From Trichoplax adhaerens (taxonomy: Eukaryota > Animalia > Placozoa): DNA of 64,000 nucleotides. Below, piece by piece: positions 29,224-41,569 of this stretch (within the stretch, counting starts at the first letter, position 1; every line of letters begins with the position of its first letter). Below the pieces are notes generated by a model, which made no database searches, had not been told where the DNA came from, and saw nothing but the letters and a program-made list of their open reading frames with translations. The stretch lies in the NCBI RefSeq assembly GCF_000150275.1, contig NW_002060951.1, forward strand, positions 2,384,323 through 2,448,322, given 5' to 3'. The position numbers were made by a program, and so were the translations under genes.

Positions 29224-29999
29224 ATTTAGAATTGTATTTGTATAGAATATTCAGAGTATCTTCTTTTATCTTACAGTGCAACGAACACTGAAAATCCTCT
29301 GTAAATTTTCTTATATACTATAATTATACTAAGTTATTAATTCTAAATAGCGCTCAAATAGTCCGTCTATCCGTAATAATTTTACTTAAAATGTAACGGT
29401 ATATATATATGTCATATACAAACTATAGATTGTGACACGAAACTCTAATGAGAATCGTTACAAGTTATAAGCTGTATTATTTCATGAGTAAAGTGTTTTA
29501 ATATTATTCTGTACAGTAAGTAGCAATCGCATATGTAAATTGTACAGTATGCTTTAGAATCTGTTTGATATACAGTACTATACTTCTTTCTGAATATGCT
29601 ATGCACTCTGTGCAGCATATGGCACAAGGAATAAATAACTCCTTGTATTGCTATAGTCTACAATTATGTTACTGTACATTTCTTTTTAATATTCTACTAC
29701 TATACAGTTTATATAATTTTTCTGCATATGTGTTAATATGCTATTTAAAGCGACTGTTCATAAATTCTTGAACATTAAATTTTGACGCAATAAATTAAAA
29801 TTTTTTTAATGCACACCACTATTTTCATTAGATCTTATTTATCGCATGAGGTATAGTATGATGTAAAGTAAAAAAGGACATAAAACTATAGATATTTCTC
29901 TCTTTCATCTACGGATAAAATCTTAGAACTCACTAGATATTGCAAAAGTAAAAAAATTTAGTAAAAATTTTTCCCAATAATTTAAGTTCACAGACTCAC

Positions 30000-30140
30000 T
30001 GTACTGTACAATACAGTACAGTAAGCTACAACGAACAATAGGATTGTATGGAGCACTGCGTATGATGCAAGTAACGTGCTGTACAGTACTATAGTGTACA
30101 GTACAGAAAAGTAGTGTCTTGTACTGTACACTGTACAGTA
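30000..30140. repeat. (TACTG)n/(CAGTA)n arrays flanking tRNA
   Basis: actgtactgtacaatacagtacagta... and ...gtactgtacactgtacagta. Confidence 0.9.
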
Positions 30141-30156
30141 TGTAATTGAAAAATTG

Positions 30157-30163
30157 AAAAAAA
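30157..30163 (-). terminator. pol III T-run terminator (T7 on minus strand)
   Basis: Minus strand reads tRNA...CCA-GTCATAAA-TTTTTTT-CAATTTTTC; the T7 run lies 8 nt downstream of the tRNA 3' end. Confidence 0.7.
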
Positions 30164-30171
30164 TTTATGAC

Positions 30172-30244
30172 TGGTCCGCATGGGGCTCGAACCCACGACC
30201 TTCGCGTTATCAGCACGACGCTCTGCCGACTGAGCTAACGGACC
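30172..30244 (-). tRNA. tRNA-Ile-type, anticodon GAU
   Basis: Reverse complement GGTCCGTTAGCTCAGTCGGCAGAGCGTCGTGCTGATAACGCGAAGGTCGTGGGTTCGAGCCCCATGCGGACCA folds as a cloverleaf: 7-bp acceptor stem, GCTC/GAGC D-stem, anticodon stem TCGTG/CGCGA, loop CTGATAA (U33, G34 A35 U36, A37), T-loop GTTCGAGC. About 80% identical to metazoan tRNA-Ile(AAU). Confidence 0.85.
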
Positions 30245-30409
30245 ACTCCGACAATGTACATTCTACAATACCATTAAAAACAAGATGTAGCGCTCAAACC
30301 TCACAAATTTCACCGGGATCGTAAAGACACGATTCATTCAATGAGTCACAGTATCGTACTGTAACTGTAAAACATTTAGCAACACTTAATATTTTTACGT
30401 ATTACATCA

Positions 30410-30540
30410 TAATGTACAGTATAGTACCGTGCAGTACTATACTGTAGTGTGCTGTACTGTACAGTATGGACCGTGACATACTGTACAATACAGTACTGTA
30501 TACTGTATATTTATTTATAAACATTACTGTACTGTATAAT
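30410..30540. repeat. (TACTG)n/(CAGTA)n arrays
   Basis: gtacagtatagtaccgtgcagtactatactgtagtgtgctgtactgtacagta... Confidence 0.85.
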
Positions 30541-30885
30541 ATGGACGGTTTGTATTATATGCTGTATAATAACTTCTATATTTGCTGACTGTAATTGATT
30601 CAGCAAAACATAGACCTTAAAGACATTAAAGCATCGAAGCTTCAAATCCTAGAGCAGATACGTATATGTATATTTCTAAAGCGTTTGTTCTTTCCGCTGA
30701 CTGTCGTTGATTCAGCGAAATCTCCACTGTCCAGAACTTTCTAGAATATCGGGCGAAGTGCTTATATACTGAACTCTCGGCGCTGACATTTACACTTACG
30801 ATTTTACTCCGTTTCCTGTTTGGTCTCTGGAAAGACTTTCATTCATCAAATTTAAGCTTTTCAAGTATCCCCGTGTTCATCCGCA

Positions 30886-31036
30886 ATGTCTCTTATCGTT
30901 AAAGCTTATAGTGACGACGAAATCCGTCGATTCGCATTGGACCAGAACGTAACAACTAGTTACAACTATCTTTATCAAAAGATTGGCACTCTTTTTCCAA
31001 ATTTACTAAGAGATTCCTATGTACTAAAGTGGTGTG
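30886..31036 (+). CDS. SQSTM1: p62/SQSTM1-like autophagy receptor, exon 1 (PB1 domain start)
   Basis: ATG at 30886. Translation MSLIVKAYSDDEIRRFALDQ... aligns to human [25 protein letters not shown]. Donor tgtg|gtaagc. Confidence 0.8.
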
Positions 31037-31510
31037 GTAAGCACTTATAGCGTATTTAGCCTGATTAAGCATAGCTTTACAATATTTTTAATCATTCGAT
31101 TAATCAAACTCAGGATATGAAATTTAAAATTTTTGCTACTTCATGTATTGTATTGTGCTACATGCTCTGCGTATACCTTTACGCTCTTCATTGATACGGA
31201 ACCGATAGTTGAAAATTGAAAATGATGTTAAGAATTTTTCTTGACAAGGATACAGTCCTTAATCCTTCACATATTTAGGTTCTAGACACAGTAAAGATTG
31301 CTTGACTATCTTATCTCACTTTGTGTGGACTCTACTGTACTTACAAAATATATCCGCTTAAAAGAGTTATAATGTAAAAGCAACATCTACTTTGCTATGC
31401 TGCATCGTGCAGTAATTGGCTCTTAAGGACCATATACATTGTATAGGTGATAATCACTTCCATCGGTCACTTATCGTAATTTCGTTTCAAAATCGTATTT
31501 ACAATTGCAG

Positions 31511-31606
31511 ATACCGATGGCGACCTTATCACTTTTTCGTCTGATGATGAATTGATTGATGCTCTAAGTAACAGGAATGATGAAATCTTCCGCGTATACA
31601 TCAAAG
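31511..31606 (+). CDS. SQSTM1: p62-like exon 2 (PB1 domain end)
   Basis: Translation DTDGDLITFSSDDELIDALSNRNDEIFRVYIK aligns to human [34 protein letters not shown]. Acceptor ttgcag|at; donor aaag|gtaaac. Confidence 0.85.
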
Positions 31607-31850
31607 GTAAACCTAAGTGTGACACTTCTTGTTTTATAGTAATTATATGATAAGTCATAGACACAATGGATGGAAATTTCGGATATGTTAGTCTGGTCCG
31701 AAATTCCTTCGTCATTGTCAGTAAACACTGAAGGCACTTGGCTTATTTATTATCTTATACAAGTGATTAAAGATCGGCCGTAACAGTAACGATTCAGCGG
31801 TTATAAATCTTTTTAAAATTAATTAATATCATATTAAATTTAATATATAG

Positions 31851-32539
31851 ACAGGCCGAAAGCTCCTTTCCCTCAAGCAGAATATCCACCTCATTGCAAG
31901 GCTTGGTGGTGGGGATACCCTGGTCAGAAACCACGCTGTGGTGGAAGGCCGGAAGGGTCTTGTAGATGGCGTAATGGCTCTCGTAGATGGCAATCATGGA
32001 TGGAGGAAGCCCAACGTTGGAAAGATCACAAAGAACAGAATTCGTCATTAAATGAAAACACTAACGAATCTTCTGAGAATGAAAATTCTGGAAACGTTTT
32101 CAATGCGTTTTGTCCTCAACAAATCAACCCCGAATTTATTAACTCTTTTGCTGCTAATATGCTAAGATCATTTGGCGTTGATCTGTCAGGATTTTGTCAC
32201 ACATCAAACGAGAGTAAGCCGGATCAACAAAATAGAGAAAGTGATAAGGGTTGTGACAGAAAGGACGAAGAGACGAATTCTAAATTAGCCGATGGTGCTT
32301 GCGCAAGCGCTACAACTGCTGAATCTTCTGCAAATTCTAAACCATCACAGCAAATCAATCAAGATCATAATCCTGATATAAATGAGAACATCCAACAAGC
32401 CATAACTCAAATGGAAGCCATGGGATTCGACAATCAAGGAGGATGGCTTACTCGATTACTTGAGGCTAAAAACGGTAATATAAGCCGAGCATTGGAAGCT
32501 ATTTATCCCAACAGATCTAAAGATTCGGGTCTTCAATAA
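31851..32539 (+). CDS. SQSTM1: p62-like terminal exon (Trp-rich segment, low-complexity linker, C-terminal UBA)
   Basis: Acceptor atatag|ac. Trp-rich segment ...[16 protein letters not shown]... resembles human HFGWPGWEMGPPGNW. C-terminus [36 protein letters not shown] aligns to the human [41 protein letters not shown]. No CxxC ZZ finger is seen anywhere between PB1 and UBA. Confidence 0.85.
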
Positions 32540-34795
32540 TAGCTCTGTAGAGTATGCTTTATAACAATTTGGCATTATTAAATCATTTTAACCTATCATA
32601 TTCGTCTCCATAACCTGGCTTGTACATTTATGATTATTGATCCTACATAATATTAAGCAATCTAATTTATTCCTAAACTAAATGTATGTAAAATGCATTT
32701 TGTGGAAAAAAATTACGTAATTTATCGAAAATCCATAGCATTATTGATTAGAAGCTTTTAATTGTGTCCTCACTATTTGTTTCGGGTGTTTATATAATCT
32801 TTTCCATAATAGCTTTAATTCTAAGTGTTGAGAGTTTTATCTTTCTAGATATAATAAGATTATTCACGTATCTATTGCACCCTATTGATGCTAATTACAA
32901 GAAACCCTACATGTTATGGATACTAACTATATCGTTGTATAGAATTTACTGCTATTAGTTAGATAATAAATAATTATGTCAATGCATAAACAACTGTTAC
33001 ATATCAATTACTATCGAAATTTAGAGATTTTCATAAAATAAACTTTTAATATCAAGACTTTGGCAGTTTTAAAGTCGATGGCAAACTTCTCGCATGGGAA
33101 TCTACTTATATTAAAGCAATTTTTTGCTGATGATTCCTTTCAGCTTTGATTCTATAGCCGTCATATACACAAACCTTCTCTTTTTGGTTATTTTACAAAG
33201 TAACCAATTACTTTGTAAAAGCCCTATATTTCTTAAAGTAACCGTGACATACATAAAGGATATGGACATTCCAGTAGTAGATCAGTTTTTTTTTCAGTTT
33301 TATAGAATATTACGGTATCATTGTTACTCCCGTACTTATGATCACGGACTCCTATTTTGGATAATATTTCCTAATATTGTATACTTTCCGCAATTACACT
33401 GAGTCTGAGAAAGAAGGCTATAAAATAAGATATGCTATCTGATTCACTGTAAAGCACAGTATGCAAATTCGCCTGACTATTATACATGAAATATTCGGTT
33501 CTTCACTAAGTATAATAAAACTAAGAATCATTTCTTTGTAGGTATTTACTATAGAATAACTACTCATGTTAAAAATGCATCATACAGTATACAGTATTCA
33601 TAGTGTGTATTATGTATAATATATATACTATAATCAGTCGATCTAATATCTACCATTAACAGCAATTACTGAAACCCTTCTTAAGTCGTAAATACGTATT
33701 CGTATATATGATCGAAAATTTATCGGTATCGTCTCTGGTATCGGCTAAATGTTCTCCATGCATAAAACTTATTATTCTGTTACAATCAATAGGTGTCTAA
33801 CAGTAAACAAATTAATTAATTAAATATTATTCAGTGCGAATAGCTGACTATGAAACAGCGACCTTCTAAATACATGCCATCATACGAAATTAAAATTAGA
33901 TACGCAGAGATCAATTATATCCATTCTTATTTTTAAGCCCCATCATACCAGTAAAGAATTAGATATGATTTACTGAATAAAAAATGCCTTAGCACTGCAA
34001 TTTGACCAAAATATAACACGAAATATTAGTGAATGCATGATCTTTTAAGTAAGCGTACTACAAATACCCTTTAGTTTAAATTTTAGTCCCTAAATGGTCC
34101 CATACTATCTACTAGACATACCTTTAGTAATCCATGACATTACTGTAAGTAAATTCACTCTCTCCAGTACCGTACAGATGTAATTCGACAACGACGCTTT
34201 TGTCTTAGTTTTCGTCTTAGACTACAATTTTACTCGTTATTATTTGATTGCGAATCATACTCTAGGCTCCGTGATTATGCAATATCATTGTAAAAATTAA
34301 TTTATTAACGAAATCACATTTACTGATGGACACAACCTTACTATCAACAGTTCCAGTAAACCTTTGCAGCTTAAAATTTAAGAGTTCTAATTTAAATTTT
34401 TACAGTATACTGTACTGCACAAAGACCAAGATCTGGTGTGTTCTTGAAAGTGAGATCAAATTAATGTTAATGACGAAACCTGATATTATCATTACGAATA
34501 ATTGCATGATTGTTCGGCATTGAATAAGCTCAACTTCAAATAGCCAAGTATTTCTCAAATAAGCTGTTATGAAGCACGGTATTTCATAAGCCATTATCGC
34601 TACTTCCATAAAGTCCTTAAGAAACATTAAATTAAATTAATAGTATCAATATCGCACCTATAAGAAACCAAGTGCAAGTAAAAAGTAATTTCAGCCATTA
34701 AATCTACTCTTTCTCAAGCATTTTTAATCCGTGATCTTAATTTCAACAAATCAGGTTTGCGTTTTAGAGCATTAACTTAATGGCTCAATAGTCTA

Positions 34796-34934
34796 TCAGG
34801 GACACTTCGCTCTCGTATCTTTTTCATTGCTCTTGTCTTTCTTATCCTTATCCAATAATTTATATAATGAAATATCTTCCTCATCTTCTCTGATATCATG
34901 CATGTTCAACGTACTATATTCATTATTAGATCCT
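34796..34934 (-). CDS. multi-pass membrane protein gene, putative terminal exon (acidic/Lys-rich tail)
   Basis: Acceptor tattag|a. Translation GSNNEYSTLNMHDIREDEEDISLYKLLDKDKKDKSNEKDTRAKCP*. Phase-compatible with the exon 35510..35634. Confidence 0.4.
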
Positions 34935-35509
34935 CTAATATAATGAAAATAGAGCATATACAAATATTACGAGAATACCGTGATATCAGTTACATTATAG
35001 AACAAAGTGCTGAAGCATTAATCAACTCATTCTAACAGTAAACTTTTCGATATGCCTTACAGCAAGCAGTTTCTTTTCGACTACGGTATATTAAATAAAT
35101 AATTAGGAGCAGAGCCTATTAAATCGTAAGTCAAGAGTTCGACTTTAGAACATAATGATATTATCAATCGCAAACTCGAAAATGATAATGACCCGTATTA
35201 AGTTCCTTACAATTGTATTTAAATGAAATTGATAACTCACATGTGAAATAGCTATAAATCCTAAAAATCTATTAAAATTGTAATAAAAAAAGATTAATAT
35301 CGTTGTACATTTAATTTCCTTAAAAGTATTTAGCACCAATAAAATAATTCCTTAACAAGAATAATAAAGGACCATAAAAGGTAGCACCGATTCAAGCACT
35401 TTGACATCGATTAAAGTAACAGAATATACTTGTAGGTCTTAATGTATTATTTTAGATCGGTAATTGCAAACAGCTTCAATGGATCAATTATTTCAAGTAC
35501 GGTACCTAC

Positions 35510-35634
35510 CGATGATCCCAACAAAAGTTAAGAGATGACAAAGAAGCTAAGAAACTGCCGAATGTAGGTCCAGTAATTAATACTAGGCAACTTTGGTAAA
35601 ATCCGAGCCAAATAATAAGACGACAAATCAGATA
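35510..35634 (-). CDS. membrane protein exon (TM segment)
   Basis: Translation YLICRLIIWLGFYQSCLVLITGPTFGSFLASLSSLNFCWDHR is strongly hydrophobic; donor cg|gtaggt. Acceptor uncertain. Confidence 0.4.
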
Positions 35635-35714
35635 CTGTACTAGTGCAATTTAATGTCTCATACTAACTAATAAATAGCATTCTCATTACAAATAGCGTGT
35701 AACAAGTAACTTAC

Positions 35715-35789
35715 CCGATGCAACGTGATAAGGTAAGCAAAGAAGATGCAACCGAGTAGACAGCTATATTATCACCAACATTTTCGTCT
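35715..35789 (-). CDS. membrane protein exon (TM segment)
   Basis: Acceptor tcag|a; donor gg|gtaagt. Translation DENVGDNIAVYSVASSLLTLSRCI. Confidence 0.4.
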
Positions 35790-36167
35790 CTGAATCAGTT
35801 TTAAAAAATTTTAAATCAACGATACAACAATGTATAACGAACTCATGAACTAATGTGTTTTATTCATTTTTAACTATATGGCAAATTATGTCTTAAGTCA
35901 ACCTTAACCATTAGCGGCTATATTAGCAGTGATGATTTCCTCGTCTACTATACCACGATTATCACGTATTACTGTACTCAATAGCTAGAAAAAAAATGAC
36001 GGAAAATAGTAACGATATAAGCAATGACCTATAGTATTGTAAGAAAATTTTAGTATACCCACATCCATATCTTATATTTTCAGTGATATCATATCAATTC
36101 AAGATTGAATTACAATTAAATAATCTTATAATCTTTCACATCTTCTTTTAGGTAAACAATGCTGTAC

Positions 36168-36263
36168 CTGGCTGAAGAAAGTAAATCCGCAAAAACTGGA
36201 ATATAAACGAAATTCATAGCTGTACCAAGAATAATCATTGAGACTATAATGATCGACAGTTTC
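36168..36263 (-). CDS. membrane protein exon (TM segment)
   Basis: Acceptor aatttag|g; donor ccag|gtacag. Translation KLSIIIVSMIILGTAMNFVYIPVFADLLSSA. Confidence 0.45.
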
Positions 36264-36691
36264 CTAAATTAAAATACCATAGCAGGTACCATAATAAGGT
36301 ATAAATATACGCTTACCAAATAATAAATGAATACATAAAATCATGGTATTGCATTTAATTAATTAATGGATCTATTTAGGAACACTTCAAATAGTAAATC
36401 TTACTCCCTTTTATAACTGTAATCTAAGTAAAGCTAAAGAATAATCTGTTATATGCTATATCTGATAAACTTTCTAGGCCATTAGAGACAAATTCCTTAC
36501 AATTTTAAGTGAAAATATGGGGATGGAGCGATTAGTTGCAATGATATCCCTAGTAATATTAATCCTATAATTATAAATGGTTTATGTCCCTATAAAAATA
36601 GCAAACAATTTCAATTTTCCTTTAGGGTTTGATTTCAATTCAATCGCAATAATTTTCAAATTAGATAAATATCAAAAGAGTATTTACAGAC

Positions 36692-36784
36692 CAATTTATC
36701 GGCTAAAACACCAACTACAACTCCTAAAATCACATATACGCCAACCGGAATCGAAATAACGCTGGCAATCTGAACTGCATTCAT
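36692..36784 (-). CDS. membrane protein exon (TM segment ending in MFS motif-A-like G-x-L-A-D-K-L)
   Basis: Translation MNAVQIASVISIPVGVYVILGVVVGVLADKL. The 5' extent is unknown, and the phase relation to the next exon is unresolved (a further small exon is likely near 36480-36560). Confidence 0.35.
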
Positions 36785-39750
36785 ATGAAGCTATTTGATT
36801 TGATTTGTGAGGAAGAAATATAGGCAGATCTTTATTTAAAACATACAGTATTTAATATCCTCTAGTTGACTCTTTGCGGTATATTAGTGTTATGCTATAA
36901 CGTATGACAATATGTACTATTATAGGTACCTATATTGTGTTAAGAAAATAAACTAAAAAATGCAAATGTGCACTATTCTACGCATCCTATTAATAATTAG
37001 AAAGCACTAAAATTTAAAACTATTAAAGTACTGGTATAATTTGAAACAACTCAATTCATTTCTGCGCGCAGTGTAGTCTATTGCCTTGAATAGTACGTAA
37101 ATTTTATATCCGTAAGACTCGTTTCAATCAATAATGAATAACGTAACTAATATGTCTTTAGCTGCTGAATAAGATGACTAAGTACATTTACTAACAATCT
37201 AATATCACTTATCATATCAACTTTATGCTACTTGTTTGTATAACGTTAATTGATTGCTAATTTACCATATCTGATGCAATGCATTTAGATATTCAGACAT
37301 CCTACTGAAAGGGTATTATCATGTAAATAATTTATCGAATTCTTTAAAATTGTGACGATCAAAAACATTTGATTAACAATCAGTGTCAATAAGTGGTGTG
37401 ATACGAACAATGATTACATTCACAGACCTCGATTGTTTAAAACCAATGGCTAAAATCTCGAAAAGAATAATATGTAATAAAATTCATGATCAAATGATAG
37501 AATAGTTGAAATCAGGAGCTAATTTGAATTGGTAATTTCGGAAGATCGTAGCTGATATTTTAATTGGTTCGCTTTAATATTAATGATCGTACAAAAATTT
37601 TATAGATAATAAGTTATTCATCCCTACCATTTCATGATATTATATTAATGGCCAGTTATTTCTATCTTGTGAAAGATAAGTAATTTTTAAAGTTTTAATT
37701 AATATTATCACTTGTACACTATATATTTTTATACGTGTCACCTTCGCTATTTAATGTATAAAATATTAAGGTGGCAATCATGCGACATTTAAATGTAAAC
37801 GTTATAACTACGCTAATGCTAATTAATATTCTCCTTATGCAGCCCTACCTCGATATGTTAATCGAGTAGATTTATACTTGACAACATACGGTATAATACA
37901 AGATTATTATTTGTACATGAAAATTACAGCAACAGGTAAGGTTAAAGGTGTGAGTTATTTTTAGTGGTCTGTAGTACTTGTAATCTAATTCGCTGGTATA
38001 AAATCAAGAATATCAACTATGTTTCGTCTATTACTTGCCTTTTATTAAGTACATCAAAATATAAACTAGTATGCAAAGATACAGTAGGATCATTCGTAAT
38101 ATTATGGATTTATATAAAATAGATTTTGTGGTGAATTCCCAAGACTCCTTAAATACAATTTCTAATTAAGTTAAAGTATAAAGGATATCCTTAATCGGTT
38201 GTGTTCTCAAATGTTTATAGTGCGTATGCACCTACGAACGCATAATTATAGCTGGTCGATTTTATAACGTAAAGCTAGAGTATAACATGTTAATAATTTA
38301 CGACACTACCTCTTCACGTAGTAAAATTTTTTATTTTACTTATCACTTCCCTACAAATGTGTCTCTATCAGTCCATACGAAATATTATATTAGCATTACT
38401 ATATTCTGCTGCAATGAAACCATAACTAAACGAAACAGCTTAGTTTTTTCACGGTACTCGATAAATCTTAATAAACAATCGATCTGTTTAGGTAGATAAA
38501 TTTTAACTGGCTATCTTTGCACATATTATATTGAGAATTGGACTTGAAAGAAAATTATTATGATATCATTTCCCTAGATTTGAAATTCCATTCTGAAATT
38601 TATAAAAATTACAATTTACAGAAACATATATTATACGTGAAGTGAGGGGCAAGAGTTATCGTCTGCAATAACTTAAATTGCATCTATACATACTAACATA
38701 TGCAAAATTTCTGATTCTAATTTAGGTATCAACTCTATGTAAGCCTACTTTTTGCACATGATACTCTCAACTATGAACGAAAGGATGCCGCTGAATTAAG
38801 GGACGTATAAAGCAAGCAATAAAATTTATCAAATTAAATTTAATATAGCTTATACATTAAATGAAGTCTTAAAATAAGTACTAATAATTATCCATTGTGT
38901 TGTTAGTTATGCATTTATAATTGCAGATAGAATATGAGTATTAAGGAAAGATCTTACTACAATCTCGTGATTATGTAATAATGCTATGACGCGAGAGGTA
39001 TCTTTGAATCACAGTTAAATTTCTTAAAATATTCACTTCTAAAGGTGCTAGCACTTTAATCGGCATAGAATTAATTAGGGCATACGTGAATTGAATAGGC
39101 ATATAGGGTACGGTTAAGAAGTTACGAACAATGATTTTTATATTATTATTACAATTTAATTTAATAAATTTATCCTTTTAAAGTTGCCTTTTGCATGTAT
39201 AAGGAAATAGCTTAACGATTTTGTTGAGGTAAAACGTGGCACCGTATATCGGTGAAGCTGTGTTATGCATAAACCTAATTAAGTAGCATGTATACGAATA
39301 TAAGTATATGGCCGGTCAGTCGCGAAAGGTGCAAGCGCATCAGAATGATATAGGTATACCTAATGACAGCTACCAGAGTAAATATACTAGAATGAATTAG
39401 CCGCAGTAGTATAAAAAATATGAACGTATTTATTTTGTATGTTTTACATTCACATGATAACCATGTATTAGTAGGACTATAGGCCTATGATCATTTTAAT
39501 TAGTAAAATTATTTATTTACTTCAGATCACCTACGGATTATCCTTTATCACTGTTAAGATGAATTTTATATTTGCAAATTATCACCAACTCAGTATCCTA
39601 CGCGATTATATGCTATAAAAATATACATCTTGTTAATATTTAAAAGTGTGACAATGTTGTTCCTGTGGCTAGCTGTATCAAGTAGGCACAATTATATTTA
39701 TTAGTTAGTTTTGTCATAGCGCCTTTATTAATTCTTTTAGCTATAACTGT

Positions 39751-39964
39751 TCATTCAGCATCATTAGCTGAACAAGTTGTGGAAGCAAAGGCACAACCAT
39801 CATACTCTTTAAGTAGATGATAGTCTAAATCTCCATTGTTGCTATTTTTACTAGACTCGAAACTTGAAGGGCCTTTGGTTCGAATACAGGCACATCGTTT
39901 AAATTTGCCATTCTCGTAAAACAGTTTTCGCGGAACACCAACCCAATCTCTTTCAATGCCCCCA
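39751..39964 (-). CDS. CYB5D2: neuferricin/CYB5D2 exon 4 (terminal)
   Basis: Acceptor aatatag|t. Translation ...GGIERDWVGVPRKLFYENGKFKRCACIRTKGPSS...GDLDYHLLKEYDGCAFASTTCSANDAE* aligns to human [32 protein letters not shown]...[25 protein letters not shown]. Confidence 0.85.
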
Positions 39965-40177
39965 CTATATTAAGAAATGAAATTGCCATAATGAGAGGGT
40001 AACGATAATTTAAGAATCCATATCACACAGAAAGTTAATATAAGCATTTTTAATAAATGACTATAATTATGTACTTTTGTATACCTGGATGAGATATAAT
40101 GAATATATACGTAACTGTATCATGGCTATCCTGAATGTTAGTATAGTTTTACTAAATAGATACAACTTTGTCTATAC

Positions 40178-40379
40178 CTCTTTTTTTCGCACCAATAAAC
40201 TGTCCCCTCTTCTTTAGTCCAATGTGTATTACATCCTGGCATTTTAAAATTCTCATTTTCGGCTTCTTTCCGTAATGCGTATGCTTTACTTAGCCTGGTT
40301 TTGATTTTAGACAAAATTGGAGCAGGTTCGCCTTTTGCATTATAAAATCTCCCTATCAATTTGCCGACATAAGAATAAT
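40178..40379 (-). CDS. CYB5D2: CYB5D2 exon 3
   Basis: Translation DYSYVGKLIGRFYNAKGEPAPILSKIKTRLSKAYALRKEAENENFKMPGCNTHWTKEEGTVYWCEKK aligns to human [67 protein letters not shown]. Acceptor tcatag|at; donor gag|gtatag. Confidence 0.85.
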
Positions 40380-40555
40380 CTATGAAAAGTAAACATAATT
40401 CTTAGTTGAAATCAGGCCTTTAATAATTAATTTAATTACGGCTTTTCATTTTAAGATACTAGGACGACGCCTAGGACATGTGCTGCCCAGGACTTTGTAT
40501 CAGGTTAATGACAAACTAAATGCAATGCATCAATAAATAAGTTGCTACATATTAC

Positions 40556-40633
40556 CTTTGTGATAGAAATCGATCCATTCTTTAATACCTATGAAGTTCT
40601 CATGAGATAACCCTTTAATTTCATCATTTAGAC
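40556..40633 (-). CDS. CYB5D2: CYB5D2 exon 2
   Basis: Acceptor ttttag|gt; donor aaag|gtaata. Translation GLNDEIKGLSHENFIGIKEWIDFYHK aligns to human [26 protein letters not shown]. Confidence 0.85.
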
Positions 40634-40923
40634 CTAAAATAATTATATAACTTAAATATAAGAAAAAACAAATACTATTTTACCCGCATTCTAGATTAAT
40701 CTGGTACAGCACTGCATTTCCTTTGAATTGTAGCCAATACAATATCGACATTTAGCCAACTTAGCCGTAGATCGTGATAATATATCGCACTGTTAGCTGG
40801 TATTGAGTGTTTATTGATGAAATAATTACGATTATTACTCTACTAAATATATAATTAATAAATAGTAAGGTATTCATACTGTTATGACTGCGATAGGAGA
40901 TGGAATAGGTTTATGAGTTTTAC

Positions 40924-41410
40924 CTTTCTCACTAAAATCTCCAGTTACGAAAGCTCTTGTGCCATCACGACCGGAAAAAAAATTATATCCACCACCTTTA
41001 CCGTAATGTTCCTTTCCTTTGGTTACATCAAATACTTGGCCCAAAACAGCTAAATAGATTGGCTTCTGTGGATCATCACCGTTATATTGTTTTAGATCAG
41101 AAGCTGTAAATATCTGACCATCGGGCGCAATGACATTGCTGAGATCTGTACTAGATCCAGAACCAGTTCCGACAGCCGGTCGTTTAGATTCATCCTTATA
41201 TTTATTTTGATAGCTTTCGGCTGTATTCGCTAGTAAATCAACATCTTGTTTATAAGCGAATACACCTGCAGCAATCGCTGCTGCTAAGATAAAGATAGGA
41301 ACTAATTTTGATCCTTTGGAATTACTTTCTTGGTTAGTTTCTTCTGGTTTCTCTATCTTATCAGTTTTGGAGTCATCTGATTTGGCTGCTTTTCGTCTAG
41401 TTACAGCCAT
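40924..41410 (-). CDS. CYB5D2: CYB5D2 exon 1 (signal/TM region plus cytochrome b5-like haem-binding core)
   Basis: ATG at 41410. Translation ...FTASDLKQYNGDDPQKPIYLAVLGQVFDVTKGKEHYGKGGGYNFFSGRDGTRAFVTGDFSEK aligns to human [62 protein letters not shown]. Donor aaag|gtaaaa. Confidence 0.9.
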
Positions 41411-41569
41411 TTCTATAATTCTTTACAGATCAAAATTTAGTAATCCAATTATGGTAAGGGCCCCTCTGCAACTAGGTATGACTGTGATCAAGCATAAAAA
41501 GATATTTGATTTGTTAGTTGCTCGTTCCTTTTTGCGATCGAAATGCACCGGTAGAGTGAAACACTGTCC

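Noticed and set aside
39290-39350. ATG followed by MAGQSRKVQAHQNDI and a GT donor, a possible start of a plus-strand gene
   Set aside because: It is only 15 codons, with no downstream exon identified. It lies in the 3' flank of CYB5D2 and is most likely chance.
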